From Patescibacteria group bacterium (GTDB taxonomy: Bacteria > Patescibacteriota > Minisyncoccia > Phycocordibacterales > SIBU01), in assembly GCA_040390045.1 (NCBI GenBank), contig JAZJZC010000001.1, positions 36,345 to 100,344 on the forward strand: DNA of 64,000 nt, in the 5' to 3' direction. The position numbers were made by a program, and so were the translations under genes. Position 1 is the stretch's first letter. Every line of letters starts with the position of its first letter. The notes below the pieces were generated by a model, which saw only the letters and a list, made by a program, of their open reading frames with translations, did no database searches and was not told where the DNA came from. Positions 28,816-38,385 of this stretch are shown here, in pieces.

Positions 28816-30039
28816 TTATTTGTATTTGAGAAAAAAATCGTCTCTGTTTTTTTCAAAAGTATTATCGAGAATAGATTGCCGGATAGTATCAACCAAATGA
28901 ATTATAAAATACAGATTGTGGATTGAAGCAAGGGTATAGGCTAAAAATTCTCGAGCGCGGAAAAGATAGCCAAGATAGGCTTTTGTAAAATTTTTGCAGG
29001 TGTAACAACCGCACCCTTCGACAACCGGAGAAAAATCATTTCGGTACGATCCGCCAGTAATATGCAACAAACCATTTGGAGTGTAGAGCGTGCCATGTCT
29101 GGCAATACGTGTCGGCGCCACACAATCAAATAAATCACAACCCTCTTCCACCGCATCAAAAAGATCGAGCGGATCACCGATTCCTAAAAGGTGTCGTGGT
29201 TTATTTTCTGGCAGAAGCGCGTTGACCCAGCCCACGGCAGTATTCATATCTTTTTTCTCAAATGATCCACCGATACCAAATCCGTCAAAATCCATCTCCC
29301 CAATTATCTTGGCACTTTCCTTTCTCAAATCCTCAAAACGCCCACCCTGCACGATGCCAAACAATGCCTGGTTTTCTACTTTTAACTTTTCACTTTCAAC
29401 TTGCAACTCTCGATGCCTTCTGAGGCTTCGAGTCGCCCACCGATGTGTCCGCGCCATGGCCTCCTTCTGATATTCATATGGCGCAATCGGCGACGTGCAC
29501 TCATCAAAAGCAAAAATCATATCAGCGCCAATGGCATGCTGAATTTCCATTGAACGTTCTGGTGTAAAAAAATGGGTACTGCCATCGAGTACGGATTTAA
29601 ATTCCACACCATCTTCAGTAATTTTGGCAAAAGCGCCCAATTCGTCTCGCTCATCAATGTCTTTGTTTGGTCTCGCCCCCTGTGTCACTTCCGCGAGCTT
29701 GTTAATTTTTTTACCAAAAGCAGCGCCGAGAGAAAAAGCTTGAAAGCCACCAGAGTCGGTCATGGTAGGACCCGACCAATTCATAAACGTATTTAAACCG
29801 CCAGCTTTTTTCATGGTTTCTTCGCCGGGTTGGAGATACAAATGGTAGGTGTTTGCCAAAACCACTTGCGCGCCTAGATCTTTTACTTGTTCGGGCGTCA
29901 AAGACTTGACCGTGCCCTTAGTTCCAACCGTAACAAAAGCCGGAGTTTGAATTTCGCCGTGAGGAGTTGTGAGAATTCCCGCGCGGCCAAGTCGACCGCG
30001 CGGGAATTTCTGTTCAATTTTAAAATTAATCGCTCCCAT
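28816..30039 (-). CDS. tgt: Queuine tRNA-guanine transglycosylase
   Basis: LANTYHL, TDSGGFQ, GIVQGG, CGCYTC. Confidence 0.97.
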   Translation of the reverse strand: MGAINFKIEQKFPRGRLGRAGILTTPHGEIQTPAFVTVGTKGTVKSLTPEQVKDLGAQVVLANTYHLYLQPGEETMKKAGGLNTFMNWSGPTMTDSGGFQAFSLGAAFGKKINKLAEVTQGARPNKDIDERDELGAFAKITEDGVEFKSVLDGSTHFFTPERSMEIQHAIGADMIFAFDECTSPIAPYEYQKEAMARTHRWATRSLRRHRELQVESEKLKVENQALFGIVQGGRFEDLRKESAKIIGEMDFDGFGIGGSFEKKDMNTAVGWVNALLPENKPRHLLGIGDPLDLFDAVEEGCDLFDCVAPTRIARHGTLYTPNGLLHITGGSYRNDFSPVVEGCGCYTCKNFTKAYLGYLFRAREFLAYTLASIHNLYFIIHLVDTIRQSILDNTFEKNRDDFFLKYK

Positions 30040-30118
30040 TTCCTGTCAGCATAGCAGAAAGAAAGGTTTTATCAAAAATGCCAGCGACAAACCGATGCAG
30101 CGTGCATCGGTTTCAAAA

Positions 30119-30313
30119 CTAATTATGAGGAGGATCAAATGGCAGAAGCGGATAGGTTCCACTTTTAACCGCGCCACTTGAAACGCTCATAATGACTTGT
30201 GCAGTTTGGAAGGTTGTCACAACCACGTCCTCGAAACTGCTAAACATGCGAGGAACTAAAAGTTGGAGAATGATGATGAGGAACCCAAATCCCACTGCCC
30301 GTAATATTTTCAT
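30119..30313 (-). CDS. Small membrane protein
   Basis: 64 aa with N-terminal TM. Confidence 0.65.
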   Translation of the reverse strand: MKILRAVGFGFLIIILQLLVPRMFSSFEDVVVTTFQTAQVIMSVSSGAVKSGTYPLLPFDPPHN

Positions 30314-30541
30314 GGGAAAAATTTAAGTCGGGGATATGTTGTGCGGACAAGCACAAACACTGTTGGTAATCCAACAACCCTCCTCTTCGCTTGAAACGAT
30401 GTCCGCACCGAGAGAAAAAAAGACTTGTGAATCTCATTTCAAAGTCCTTACCTTGAAAGATAACCATTGAAAGGTGCAAAATGTTTCAAAGAAAATAACA
30501 GAAAAACCCGCCGCGCCTTGCGCGGCGGGTTTTTCTGTGTC

Positions 30542-30709
30542 TTAAATCTGAACCGTATTAGTTGTATCAACAGAAACTTGAGGAATTTCTGCTGGTGTGG
30601 GCGTCTGTGTTGCCGGCTGAAAAACAATATTGCCAAAAAACAACATGCCAAACGTGACCACTAAAGCGATTATAACTCCAATCCACTCTGTCCTCGATAA
30701 TTTTTTCAT
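30542..30709 (-). CDS. Small single-TM protein (55 aa), below the ORF-track cutoff
   Basis: MKKLSRTEWIGVIIALVVTFGMLFFGNIVFQPATQTPTPAEIPQVSVDTTNTVQI; terminator 30503-30534. Confidence 0.65.
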   Translation of the reverse strand: MKKLSRTEWIGVIIALVVTFGMLFFGNIVFQPATQTPTPAEIPQVSVDTTNTVQI

Positions 30710-30774
30710 TTTGGAATTAGATAAATTACTAAGTACTTCACTATTGTATCAGAAGATTAAAAATTACATATTCA

Positions 30775-30857
30775 CATAAATACGAAATACAAATCAATAC
30801 AAAAGTACAAATAGTGAGATTCGTATATTCGTACCAAATTTGTATTTTGTATTTATA
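30775..30857. repeat. TACGAA/TACAAA inverted repeat tract
   Basis: tacgaaatacaaatcaatacaaaagtacaaat ... attcgtatattcgtaccaaatttgtattttgta. Confidence 0.65.
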
Positions 30858-30909
30858 AGCTTTGCAAAAAACCAACCATACCGTAAAATGAAGCCAATCG
30901 ATACATATT

Positions 30910-31626
30910 ATGGAAAACAACAACCCCAACGAAACTGTCCCAGAAGAGCTTGATTCAGAAAAAATTCATCGGATCATAAAAGAAAAGGTTCACAGAATTG
31001 ATCACGAATTTACGCACGGTTTTGAATTTATTAAAAATTACAATAAGTCAGTAACTTTTTTCGGTTCGGCGCGTTTTACTGATAACAATCCTCACTATGA
31101 GCAAGCAAGAAACTTGGCGCGAAAAATTTCTGAACTCGGCTATACGATTTTGACCGGTGGCGGAGGTGGTATCATGGAAGCGGCCAATCGTGGTGCGTTT
31201 GAAATCGGCAACCCTTCAGTGGGCCTCAACATCAGACTTCAAAAACGACAGGGAACAAATCACTACACTACCGACGCTATCGAGTTTGATTACTTCTTCG
31301 CCAGAAAGGTTGCCCTTTCCTTCGCCGCCGAAGCCTATTTATTTTTCCCCGGAGGCTTTGGCACGTTGGACGAAATGTTTGAAATCCTCACACTCATTCA
31401 AACGCGAAAAATTAGAAAAATTCCAATCATTTTAGTTGGGCACGACTTTTGGGATGACCTACAGGTATTTATTAAAAACGTCATGCTCGGGAGACACAAG
31501 ACTATCAACGCCGAGGACATGAACCTCTACACTATTACTGACGACGACGATGAAATTTTGGAAATTATTAAAAAAGTACCGATCAAACCAATGGTACGTA
31601 GCACTGGCGATCCAGCGCACTATTAA
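30910..31626 (+). CDS. LOG family protein (TIGR00730-like)
   Basis: FFGSAR, TGGGGGIMEA, PGGFGTLDE. Confidence 0.92.
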   Translation: MENNNPNETVPEELDSEKIHRIIKEKVHRIDHEFTHGFEFIKNYNKSVTFFGSARFTDNNPHYEQARNLARKISELGYTILTGGGGGIMEAANRGAFEIGNPSVGLNIRLQKRQGTNHYTTDAIEFDYFFARKVALSFAAEAYLFFPGGFGTLDEMFEILTLIQTRKIRKIPIILVGHDFWDDLQVFIKNVMLGRHKTINAEDMNLYTITDDDDEILEIIKKVPIKPMVRSTGDPAHY

Positions 31627-32102
31627 TTATCCAATTTTTGGACGTTCTCAATCGCGTGAGATAACAGTTTCGACCCATCGGCAGTGAAATGAAATTCTGC
31701 TTTCAGTGCTTGCCCAGCCAAGACTTTTGGCAACCACAGTGGGTCGTCGATCCACATTTTTTCAAATGGTAATTGAGCAACAGGAAACCACTCCGGCTTC
31801 ATTTCTTCAGTTTCAACAGGTTCGCCTTCCCATTTTTTGGCAACAAAGACGTGACACACTTGATCCCACTCAGGCCTGCCGTCAAAATAAAATTGAAGAT
31901 GTGCCCGAGGCGTAAGTGTGCCCTTATTAATTTCAACCCCAATCTCTTCCTGTGCTTCTCGAACGCAGGCATCAACGATTGATTCGACCCTCTCAACTTT
32001 TCCACCCACCCCGTTAAATTTTCCCATTCCAAATCCGCGCTTTTTCATTGCGAGAAGCACCTTGTTACCTTTGACCAAAAAGCAAAGTGTTGTTGATTTC
32101 AT
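31623..32102 (-). CDS. NUDIX hydrolase, 8-oxo-dGTPase (MTH1-like)
   Basis: KKRGFGMGKFNGVGGK, Nudix box, ETEEMKP, MWIDD. Confidence 0.9.
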   Translation of the reverse strand: MKSTTLCFLVKGNKVLLAMKKRGFGMGKFNGVGGKVERVESIVDACVREAQEEIGVEINKGTLTPRAHLQFYFDGRPEWDQVCHVFVAKKWEGEPVETEEMKPEWFPVAQLPFEKMWIDDPLWLPKVLAGQALKAEFHFTADGSKLLSHAIENVQKLDN

Positions 32103-32145
32103 TACTGTATGATAACTTTTCATTAGAAAACAGGAAAGGAGGTTT

Positions 32146-32409
32146 ATGATTGTAACCATTCTGCGTTGGACTCTACCCGTCGTACTTTTTGTAGTTTTCG
32201 TCTCCTTCATTTACACGTGGAAATTTGTTCTCCAGTACAACATCGCTGTTGGAATCGAAAGAAGGTGCCCGAAAAAAAGAGCCGCGGCGAAAGAGTATAT
32301 TGAAAAACGAGGAGGCTTCAATCCCCATGCCTACGCCGGGGCAATCATCTGGATGATAGCGAGCGCAGTGATTGTTTTCTCGGGCACCATGTGGATGATC
32401 ATTTCTTGA
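32146..32409 (+). CDS. Small membrane protein
   Basis: 87 aa, SD AGGAGG, terminator 32418-32450. Confidence 0.7.
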   Translation: MIVTILRWTLPVVLFVVFVSFIYTWKFVLQYNIAVGIERRCPKKRAAAKEYIEKRGGFNPHAYAGAIIWMIASAVIVFSGTMWMIIS

Positions 32410-32514
32410 GTGCTCTCGCCCCGATTCGCTTCGCGAATCGGGGCTTTTTTAAAAGTTTTGCTGATTTGGCACCGCGCTGATATACTTTTTCCTAGAGACA
32501 GCGAAAGGAAATGT

Positions 32515-32790
32515 ATGAACTTGAACTTTGAATTCTGGTGGCAGTATGTCGCCTACCATGGCTACGTCGCAGCTTCTATCATCATGGGTCTGGCAGCATG
32601 GTACGGATTTATAATAATGCCACCAAAGCCCTACAACATAGCCGCTGGAGTCGGGACGCTGACACGGTTGTTTCTCCACTGGTCATATGACCTCGACAGG
32701 CGCTACTACAATCCGAAACTCAGTAAGGTTGCCAAGTGTGTTGCACTACTGATGTTTGTCATTTTAGTCTCTCCGCTCTGGCTTTTCTAA
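32515..32790 (+). CDS. Small membrane protein, probable distant paralog of 32146
   Basis: 91 aa from MNLNFEF; shared YNIAxG and (F/Y)NP motifs; terminator 32818-32852. Confidence 0.65.
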   Translation: MNLNFEFWWQYVAYHGYVAASIIMGLAAWYGFIIMPPKPYNIAAGVGTLTRLFLHWSYDLDRRYYNPKLSKVAKCVALLMFVILVSPLWLF

Positions 32791-32855
32791 GCCGACGGAA
32801 AACATCGCAACCAGTACAGCTCCGATCCGTCATGGTGGATCGGGGCTTTTTTCTT

Positions 32856-33338
32856 TTAAAACGAAAAAATAATAAAGAGTACAAAAAAAGTAACCGCCAA
32901 AATTAGATTGATGGCGACACCGGAGAGCGCACCGACTAAAGATCCCGCGGCCGCCTTCCAGGCGGCCGCGTTGCTTTTATTGAGCAAAAGTTCCGAAATA
33001 AACACCGCCAAGAAAAGTCCGGGAATTCCCCCGAATGGTGGAAACAAAATACTACCGAAAAGTATTCCAAGACATCCCCACAAAATAGATTTTTTTGAGG
33101 CACCGAAATATTTCGCACCTAAAACTCCCGCAAACCAATCGACAATGAGTGATATGCAAAAAATTCCAGCGAGCACCGCCAACTCGCCGAGTTGCAAATG
33201 TTCAAATCGATCAACGAGCCCGTACACCGCAGCCATCCCAAACAAATAGGTCATGGCTGGCATCATGGGAATAAGCACCATAAAAATGGCTGGGAAAAGT
33301 AAAATCGTAAAAACAACCGTTAAGACAAGATGAGACAT
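32856..33338 (-). CDS. DUF456 family membrane protein
   Basis: GAKYFGASK...PPFGGIPGLFLAVFISE pattern. Confidence 0.85.
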   Translation of the reverse strand: MSHLVLTVVFTILLFPAIFMVLIPMMPAMTYLFGMAAVYGLVDRFEHLQLGELAVLAGIFCISLIVDWFAGVLGAKYFGASKKSILWGCLGILFGSILFPPFGGIPGLFLAVFISELLLNKSNAAAWKAAAGSLVGALSGVAINLILAVTFFVLFIIFSF

Positions 33339-33390
33339 TGTTCAGTAATGCTACCATTTCCACTCAAGAAAAACACTCAACATTGCCCCT

Positions 33391-33430
33391 ATTATCATTC
33401 ACACATTCGTGCGAATGTGTGAATGATAAT
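33391..33430. repeat. 19-bp perfect inverted repeat
   Basis: attatcattcacacattcg-tg-cgaatgtgtgaatgataat. Confidence 0.8.
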
Positions 33431-33461
33431 GCAATTCAAATTATCAGGGTTCTTTTCTCTT

Positions 33462-33534
33462 ATGTTCCGTGTTCCATGTTTCCTGTTCCCCGCCCGTACC
33501 GAGCGGACTCTTGTACGTTCGGGCGGGCATGTTC
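33462..33534. repeat. CCCGCCCG hairpin in heptad tract (copy of 20508-20579)
   Basis: Reverse-complement match by eye. Confidence 0.85.
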
Positions 33535-35177
33535 TATGACCTGTCCAAGTGCTCCCATGCGTATTCCCTATCAGCTATTACTTTCTTACCTGGGTTGAAA
33601 ATACCGAGCGGGTCAAAAATAGTTTTAGTTTCTTCGAAAAGTTTGATAATTTCCGGCGAGTACATCATCGGAAGATACGAAGTTCGGATCAAACCATCAT
33701 TGTGTTCCCCAGTAATACTGCCGTGAAAATCCGTCACCAATTTGTACACCTTGTCGGACAGTTCTTTAATAATTTCAACGCTTCTTGGTTTCTTAAGGTC
33801 CATCAGAGGAATAATGTGGAAGTTGCCATCACCAACATGTCCCGCCACCGTGTAGGTAATTTTGTAACTTGAAAGAATTTCCTCGAGCTTAGGAAGAAAG
33901 GCTGGTAAAAATTCTGGACGCACCGCAAAGTCATCGATAAACGGAGCTGTGCGTAAATTTTTCATATGCTGGCGCAACAAATTGAAACTCTCGCGTCTGA
34001 AGGTCCAATATTTTTTTGTCTCGGCTTCATCTTTAGCAATCTTAGTTTTCAATCCTAAATGACTGACCGCAATCTGGGCTTGTCGCGCAAGACGTGACGC
34101 TTGGTCTCTCGTATCTGCAGTAAATTCCGCAATCAAAATTAGTTTCGGCACACCACCCGTGACCACCATCCAAAATTCTGGGAAAAATTGAAACGCTAGT
34201 TTTATCAAATTACTATTGAGTTTTTTCACGATCGCAGGAAAAAACTTCATCGCCACCTTAAATGTATGGTCGTCAAATGATTCAAAACTTTCTGGTTTGA
34301 ACTTTAAAATTTTCTGAGTAATTTCGGCTAAGGGATCGAGACTTGGCAGAAAAATGATCAGCATCGAACTGAAAGGCTTCGGCTTGACCAATGAAAGTGT
34401 GGCTTCAGTAATAAGCCCAAGTGTTCCTTGAGAGCCGACAAAAAGTTTCGTAAGATCAAAAACCCCTTTCACCTTGTCGTACACATTCCAAAGATAATAT
34501 CCGGCGGAATTTTTGGAAACAGAAGGTTTGGCAGAGGCAATCACGTCATAATTTGAGTCGATCAAGGTGAACATCTTTCTGTAGACGTAGCCAAGAAAAT
34601 CCTTACGTGCCTTTGCCACTTCAAGCTCAGCATTATTCAAAGGTTTTATTTCGTATTCGTTGCCGTCAGCAAGTACCACTTTTAAACCCTGAACATACTT
34701 TTCTGTCTTGCCGTAGATTAAAGTTTTCTCTCCACCGGAATTGTTGGCCACAATTCCCCCAATGGTACAAAGGTCACGCGACGCTGGATACGACGGAAGC
34801 AACACCCCTTTTTTCAAAGTTTCCTTTTCAAAATTGCGATAATACACTCCGGGCTGTGCAGTTGCGGAGGTTTCGCTTGTGGAAATTATTTTATCAAAGT
34901 GTGGCAAGAAATTGACCACGATCGATTCGGAAAGTGGACCGCCAGACATATCTGTGCCAGCGGAACGCGCCGTTAGCGAAACTTTTTCCCCATCCCCCGC
35001 TTTTTCGCTGACGAATACAACAAGCTTTTTTAAATCTTCAACATCAACTGGCGCAACGACAAGAGACGGCTTCACCTTAAAAATACTGGCGTCCACGCTC
35101 ATAGCGCCCAGCATTTTGCCATCGGAAAAAACTTCTCCTTTAAAAAACTTTTTGATTTCAGCGGAATAATTCATCAC
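33534..35177 (-). CDS. FAD-linked oxidase (D-lactate/glycolate dehydrogenase-like)
   Basis: GSQGTLG, GHVGDGNFH, GSITGEHNDG, DPLGIFNPGK. Confidence 0.9.
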   Translation of the reverse strand: MMNYSAEIKKFFKGEVFSDGKMLGAMSVDASIFKVKPSLVVAPVDVEDLKKLVVFVSEKAGDGEKVSLTARSAGTDMSGGPLSESIVVNFLPHFDKIISTSETSATAQPGVYYRNFEKETLKKGVLLPSYPASRDLCTIGGIVANNSGGEKTLIYGKTEKYVQGLKVVLADGNEYEIKPLNNAELEVAKARKDFLGYVYRKMFTLIDSNYDVIASAKPSVSKNSAGYYLWNVYDKVKGVFDLTKLFVGSQGTLGLITEATLSLVKPKPFSSMLIIFLPSLDPLAEITQKILKFKPESFESFDDHTFKVAMKFFPAIVKKLNSNLIKLAFQFFPEFWMVVTGGVPKLILIAEFTADTRDQASRLARQAQIAVSHLGLKTKIAKDEAETKKYWTFRRESFNLLRQHMKNLRTAPFIDDFAVRPEFLPAFLPKLEEILSSYKITYTVAGHVGDGNFHIIPLMDLKKPRSVEIIKELSDKVYKLVTDFHGSITGEHNDGLIRTSYLPMMYSPEIIKLFEETKTIFDPLGIFNPGKKVIADREYAWEHLDRS

Positions 35178-35183
35178 TGTATT

Positions 35184-35933
35184 TTAAATCATTTTCTGAA
35201 TTGCTGCGAGGGTCTGCTCGGGACCTTGAACCTGTAATGTATCGCACACTCCGATGACCGTATCATCATTACCTCCTGGAAATAGTGCGTCACCAATGTA
35301 CAAACACTCCTCGGGTTTCCAGCCAAACAATTCCATCAGTTTTTTTATATTTGACCCCTTATTTTTACCACGCGCAAAATAATCGAAGGAAGTTGTCCCA
35401 CCAACTTTTACTTCAAGTGTGGGAGCTACAAACGGAACCTCTTTTAAAATCTTGTTACGTAAATCTCCCGTAGGGTCAAACTTTTCCTTTCGGGTTAATT
35501 CGGCATTATGTCCGACAAAACTAAACGTAATCTGACAACCTCGATCTTGAATCAAATCGTTTTCATCAACGTCGACAAACAAATTTTTAAATTCCTGACG
35601 CACCAAATTAATATGATCCATAATCTGGCGTTTTTCCTCAGCCGACAAGATATTTTTCCACAAATCTTTCCGATCAACGGACAGAGCAAAATTACCGTTC
35701 TGGGCCAAAATAAAAACTTTCCCTATAAAATCATTACTGATCTGTTTCCAAATTTGTTCTTCTTTTGCGCCCGATACAATCGTCACATCAGCAACCGTAC
35801 ACAGAGACATCAAAGCTGATTTCATCGCATCCTCAATGAGAGAGCGACTGCGGGTTAAAGTTTTGTCGACATCAAAAAAGACGTGCTTGTATACTTTACC
35901 ATTTAGATCCAGCGTACCATTAAAATTTTTCAT
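35184..35933 (-). CDS. HAD-IIB hydrolase (phosphomannomutase-like)
   Basis: FDVDKTL, GGTTSFD, GDALFPGGND. Confidence 0.88.
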   Translation of the reverse strand: MKNFNGTLDLNGKVYKHVFFDVDKTLTRSRSLIEDAMKSALMSLCTVADVTIVSGAKEEQIWKQISNDFIGKVFILAQNGNFALSVDRKDLWKNILSAEEKRQIMDHINLVRQEFKNLFVDVDENDLIQDRGCQITFSFVGHNAELTRKEKFDPTGDLRNKILKEVPFVAPTLEVKVGGTTSFDYFARGKNKGSNIKKLMELFGWKPEECLYIGDALFPGGNDDTVIGVCDTLQVQGPEQTLAAIQKMI

Positions 35934-36060
35934 AATTTAGTTGGTGATATATGTTCGATTTGCCCGCCTAGTATAACAAAGTTTTAGAGGAAAACTATAC
36001 AAGGTTGACACCTTTCAAAAATTTACTATAGTGAGCCCAGAAAAAGCGGAATGCAAACTC

Positions 36061-36390
36061 ATGAATCCTAAAAAACGTTGGTATATTCTCGAAGGTGTCA
36101 GTGATGGCGAAATATTTGCACACCAGCTCATGGACGGTCTACCTGTCGGTATGGGAATCAGCGAAAAAACCTCACTCGCTAAGGAGATAGGGGCCGAACA
36201 AACAGTCATAGTCTTAGTGGTTTGTACCCCCATTCAGGAAAAGCTCCTCGATGCCCTTCTTGCCATTGATCGTTTCGGGGGTGATGGAAGTGAATCCTTC
36301 CTTTTCGAATTGGTGGGTCTTATCCGGGCTGCAAGGAAGCGCCCCAGAGTTTACCCTGTTCGTGCTGACCTGTCTACCATCAGCGAATGA
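36061..36390 (+). CDS. Hypothetical protein (ORFan)
   Basis: ORF with TTGACA..TATAGT promoter and terminator near 36396-36425. Confidence 0.6.
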   Translation: MNPKKRWYILEGVSDGEIFAHQLMDGLPVGMGISEKTSLAKEIGAEQTVIVLVVCTPIQEKLLDALLAIDRFGGDGSESFLFELVGLIRAARKRPRVYPVRADLSTISE

Positions 36391-36516
36391 TCTGTAATCA
36401 CCCAAAATCTCGGGTGATTTTTTTATTCTTTTTTGACTCTCAAATCCAGTAGCGTATAATGAATCAACTAGGTCGCAAAAAAGTTTTTCAAAAATAAATT
36501 TAACCACAGAGCTAAA

Positions 36517-36672
36517 AACTTCCAGATTTGAGTGCAGTTTGAGGCGACCGCGAGTACGTGACTAAGCTGTGCGTCGCGTCTCAATTGACGTTACGCGACG
36601 CGATTCCGTCGGAATCGACTGCGCAGGAGCGCACGGAGCGGGCAACGAAGAAATGCACCAAATATGGAAGTT
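36517..36672. repeat. ~155-bp palindromic element, copy B (diverged)
   Basis: Ends aacttccagatttg / caaatatggaagtt; same internal gtcgcg..cgcgac and gattcc..gaatc hairpins. Confidence 0.8.
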
Positions 36673-36683
36673 ATATCAACAAA

Positions 36684-36920
36684 ATGAAAAAAGTTACGAT
36701 TTATAGTACACCTACCTGTCACTTCTGCCACATGGCAAAAGACATGTTCAATGCCAACGGCATACAGTTTACGGATAAAAACGCCGCAGCTGATCCTGTT
36801 GCCCGCAAAGAAGCAATCGAAAAGTCAGGACAACTCGGCGTGCCGGTCATCGATATTGATGGAGAAATCATTGTGGGATTTAATGAGCCTAAACTTAAAA
36901 AATTGCTGGGTATAAAATAA
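36684..36920 (+). CDS. Glutaredoxin-like (NrdH-type) protein
   Basis: YSTPTCHFC, GQLGVPVI. Confidence 0.92.
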   Translation: MKKVTIYSTPTCHFCHMAKDMFNANGIQFTDKNAAADPVARKEAIEKSGQLGVPVIDIDGEIIVGFNEPKLKKLLGIK

Positions 36921-36989
36921 GGCATCAGAAAATGCCCCCGCGCCTACGGCGCGGGGGCATTTTCTTTTTTAAAGCTTTCAGCTACCAGC

Positions 36990-38240
36990 TTACAGCTTCA
37001 AGCTTCTCTCCCCCATTGCTTCCGTAATCCTTCCAATGCCGATCGCAAACGCCGCATCACGAAGCGAAATTTTCTTAGCACAAGCCATCTGCCAAACCGC
37101 CTTAAAACTATTGACCATAATTGGCTCGAGTCGCGCCCGCACTTCTTCTGCCGTCCAATAATAATTTTGAACATTTTGCACCCATTCAAAGTAACTCACC
37201 GTCACGCCGCCAGCGTTTGCCAACACATCTGGAATTAAAAATACCTTTTTTCGACTCAAAATTTCGTCAGCCTCTGGAGTAGTTGGGCCATTCGCTAGTT
37301 CTACAATAATTTTTGCCTTAATCTCTCCTGCGTTTCCAACATGGATCACCCCGTCAAGCGCCGCCGGAATAAGCACATCACAATCCGAGACAAGCAATTC
37401 TTCATTTGAAATATTTTTTGCTCCCTTAATTGCAACATCTTTAAACGAACCTTTATCGTGCTTTACTCTCTCAAGTTGTTCAACATCAAATCCCACAGAA
37501 TTATATATTCCGCCGTGACTATCAGAAATCCCAACAATGACATACCCAGCTTTTTGTAAAATTTTCGCCATCGTTCCACCCGCATTACCAAAACCTTGAA
37601 CGATCACCCGCAAACCTCTCTCCTTCATGCCAAGGGCTTTCACCAACTCGCGTAACACAAATGCTCCGCCGTCTGCCGTTGCGGTATCCCTTCCCAAACT
37701 TCCACCGAGCGAAAGTGGTTTGCCTGTGATTAATCCCGGTTCACTTTTACCGGTATTTTTTTCAAACTCATCTAAAATAAATGCCATAATCTGACCGTTG
37801 GTATAGACGTCTGGCGCAGGAATATCCTTGTTAGCGCCAATGTATGGAGTCATCACTTTTGCCCAAGCTCGAGAAATTTTTTCGATTTCATTTGGGCTCA
37901 ATTTTTTAGGGTCACAGACCACACCTCCCTTCCCGCCTCCGAGCGGAATCCCAACCACTGCGCATTTGACCGCCATAGCCGCCGCCAAAGCTTTCACTTC
38001 ATCGAGGTCAGCATCAGGATGAAATCGAATTCCCCCTTTGTACGGCCCGCGAGCATTATTAAACTGCACACGATAGGCTTGAAAGGTTTGTTTCTTGCCA
38101 CTGTCCATCGTTATTGAAATCTTTTTATCCAGAATTCGATTTGGGGTGGTTAATTTTTTAATAAATTCTTTCGGCAACCCGAGCAACTTTACCGATTTCT
38201 CCACATTGACCGAATAATTCTTAAACGGAGTTTTTTTCAT
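36990..38240 (-). CDS. gdhA: Glutamate dehydrogenase (Glu/Leu/Phe/Val family)
   Basis: GPYKGGIRF, GGGKGG, QGFGNAG, ANAGGVTVSYFEW. Confidence 0.92.
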   Translation of the reverse strand: MKKTPFKNYSVNVEKSVKLLGLPKEFIKKLTTPNRILDKKISITMDSGKKQTFQAYRVQFNNARGPYKGGIRFHPDADLDEVKALAAAMAVKCAVVGIPLGGGKGGVVCDPKKLSPNEIEKISRAWAKVMTPYIGANKDIPAPDVYTNGQIMAFILDEFEKNTGKSEPGLITGKPLSLGGSLGRDTATADGGAFVLRELVKALGMKERGLRVIVQGFGNAGGTMAKILQKAGYVIVGISDSHGGIYNSVGFDVEQLERVKHDKGSFKDVAIKGAKNISNEELLVSDCDVLIPAALDGVIHVGNAGEIKAKIIVELANGPTTPEADEILSRKKVFLIPDVLANAGGVTVSYFEWVQNVQNYYWTAEEVRARLEPIMVNSFKAVWQMACAKKISLRDAAFAIGIGRITEAMGERSLKL

Positions 38241-38385
38241 GGTTTTTAGTTTGTAGTTCTTAGTTTTTAATTTTTAGTTTTAAACTTTAAATTTTCCTGC
38301 CACACAGTATAGAACAAATCTTCTTTGCAATCTATTACAAATAAAAAACCGCCCTGGATAAATCCAAGACGGCTATGCAAAAAGA

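Noticed and set aside
30910-31626. LOG plus MiaA as a cytokinin pathway
   Set aside because: The genes are 19 kb apart and both are widespread; nothing in the sequence links them
36558-36683. N-terminal extension of the glutaredoxin ORF
   Set aside because: It is palindromic element copy B; the real start is MKKVTIY at 36684
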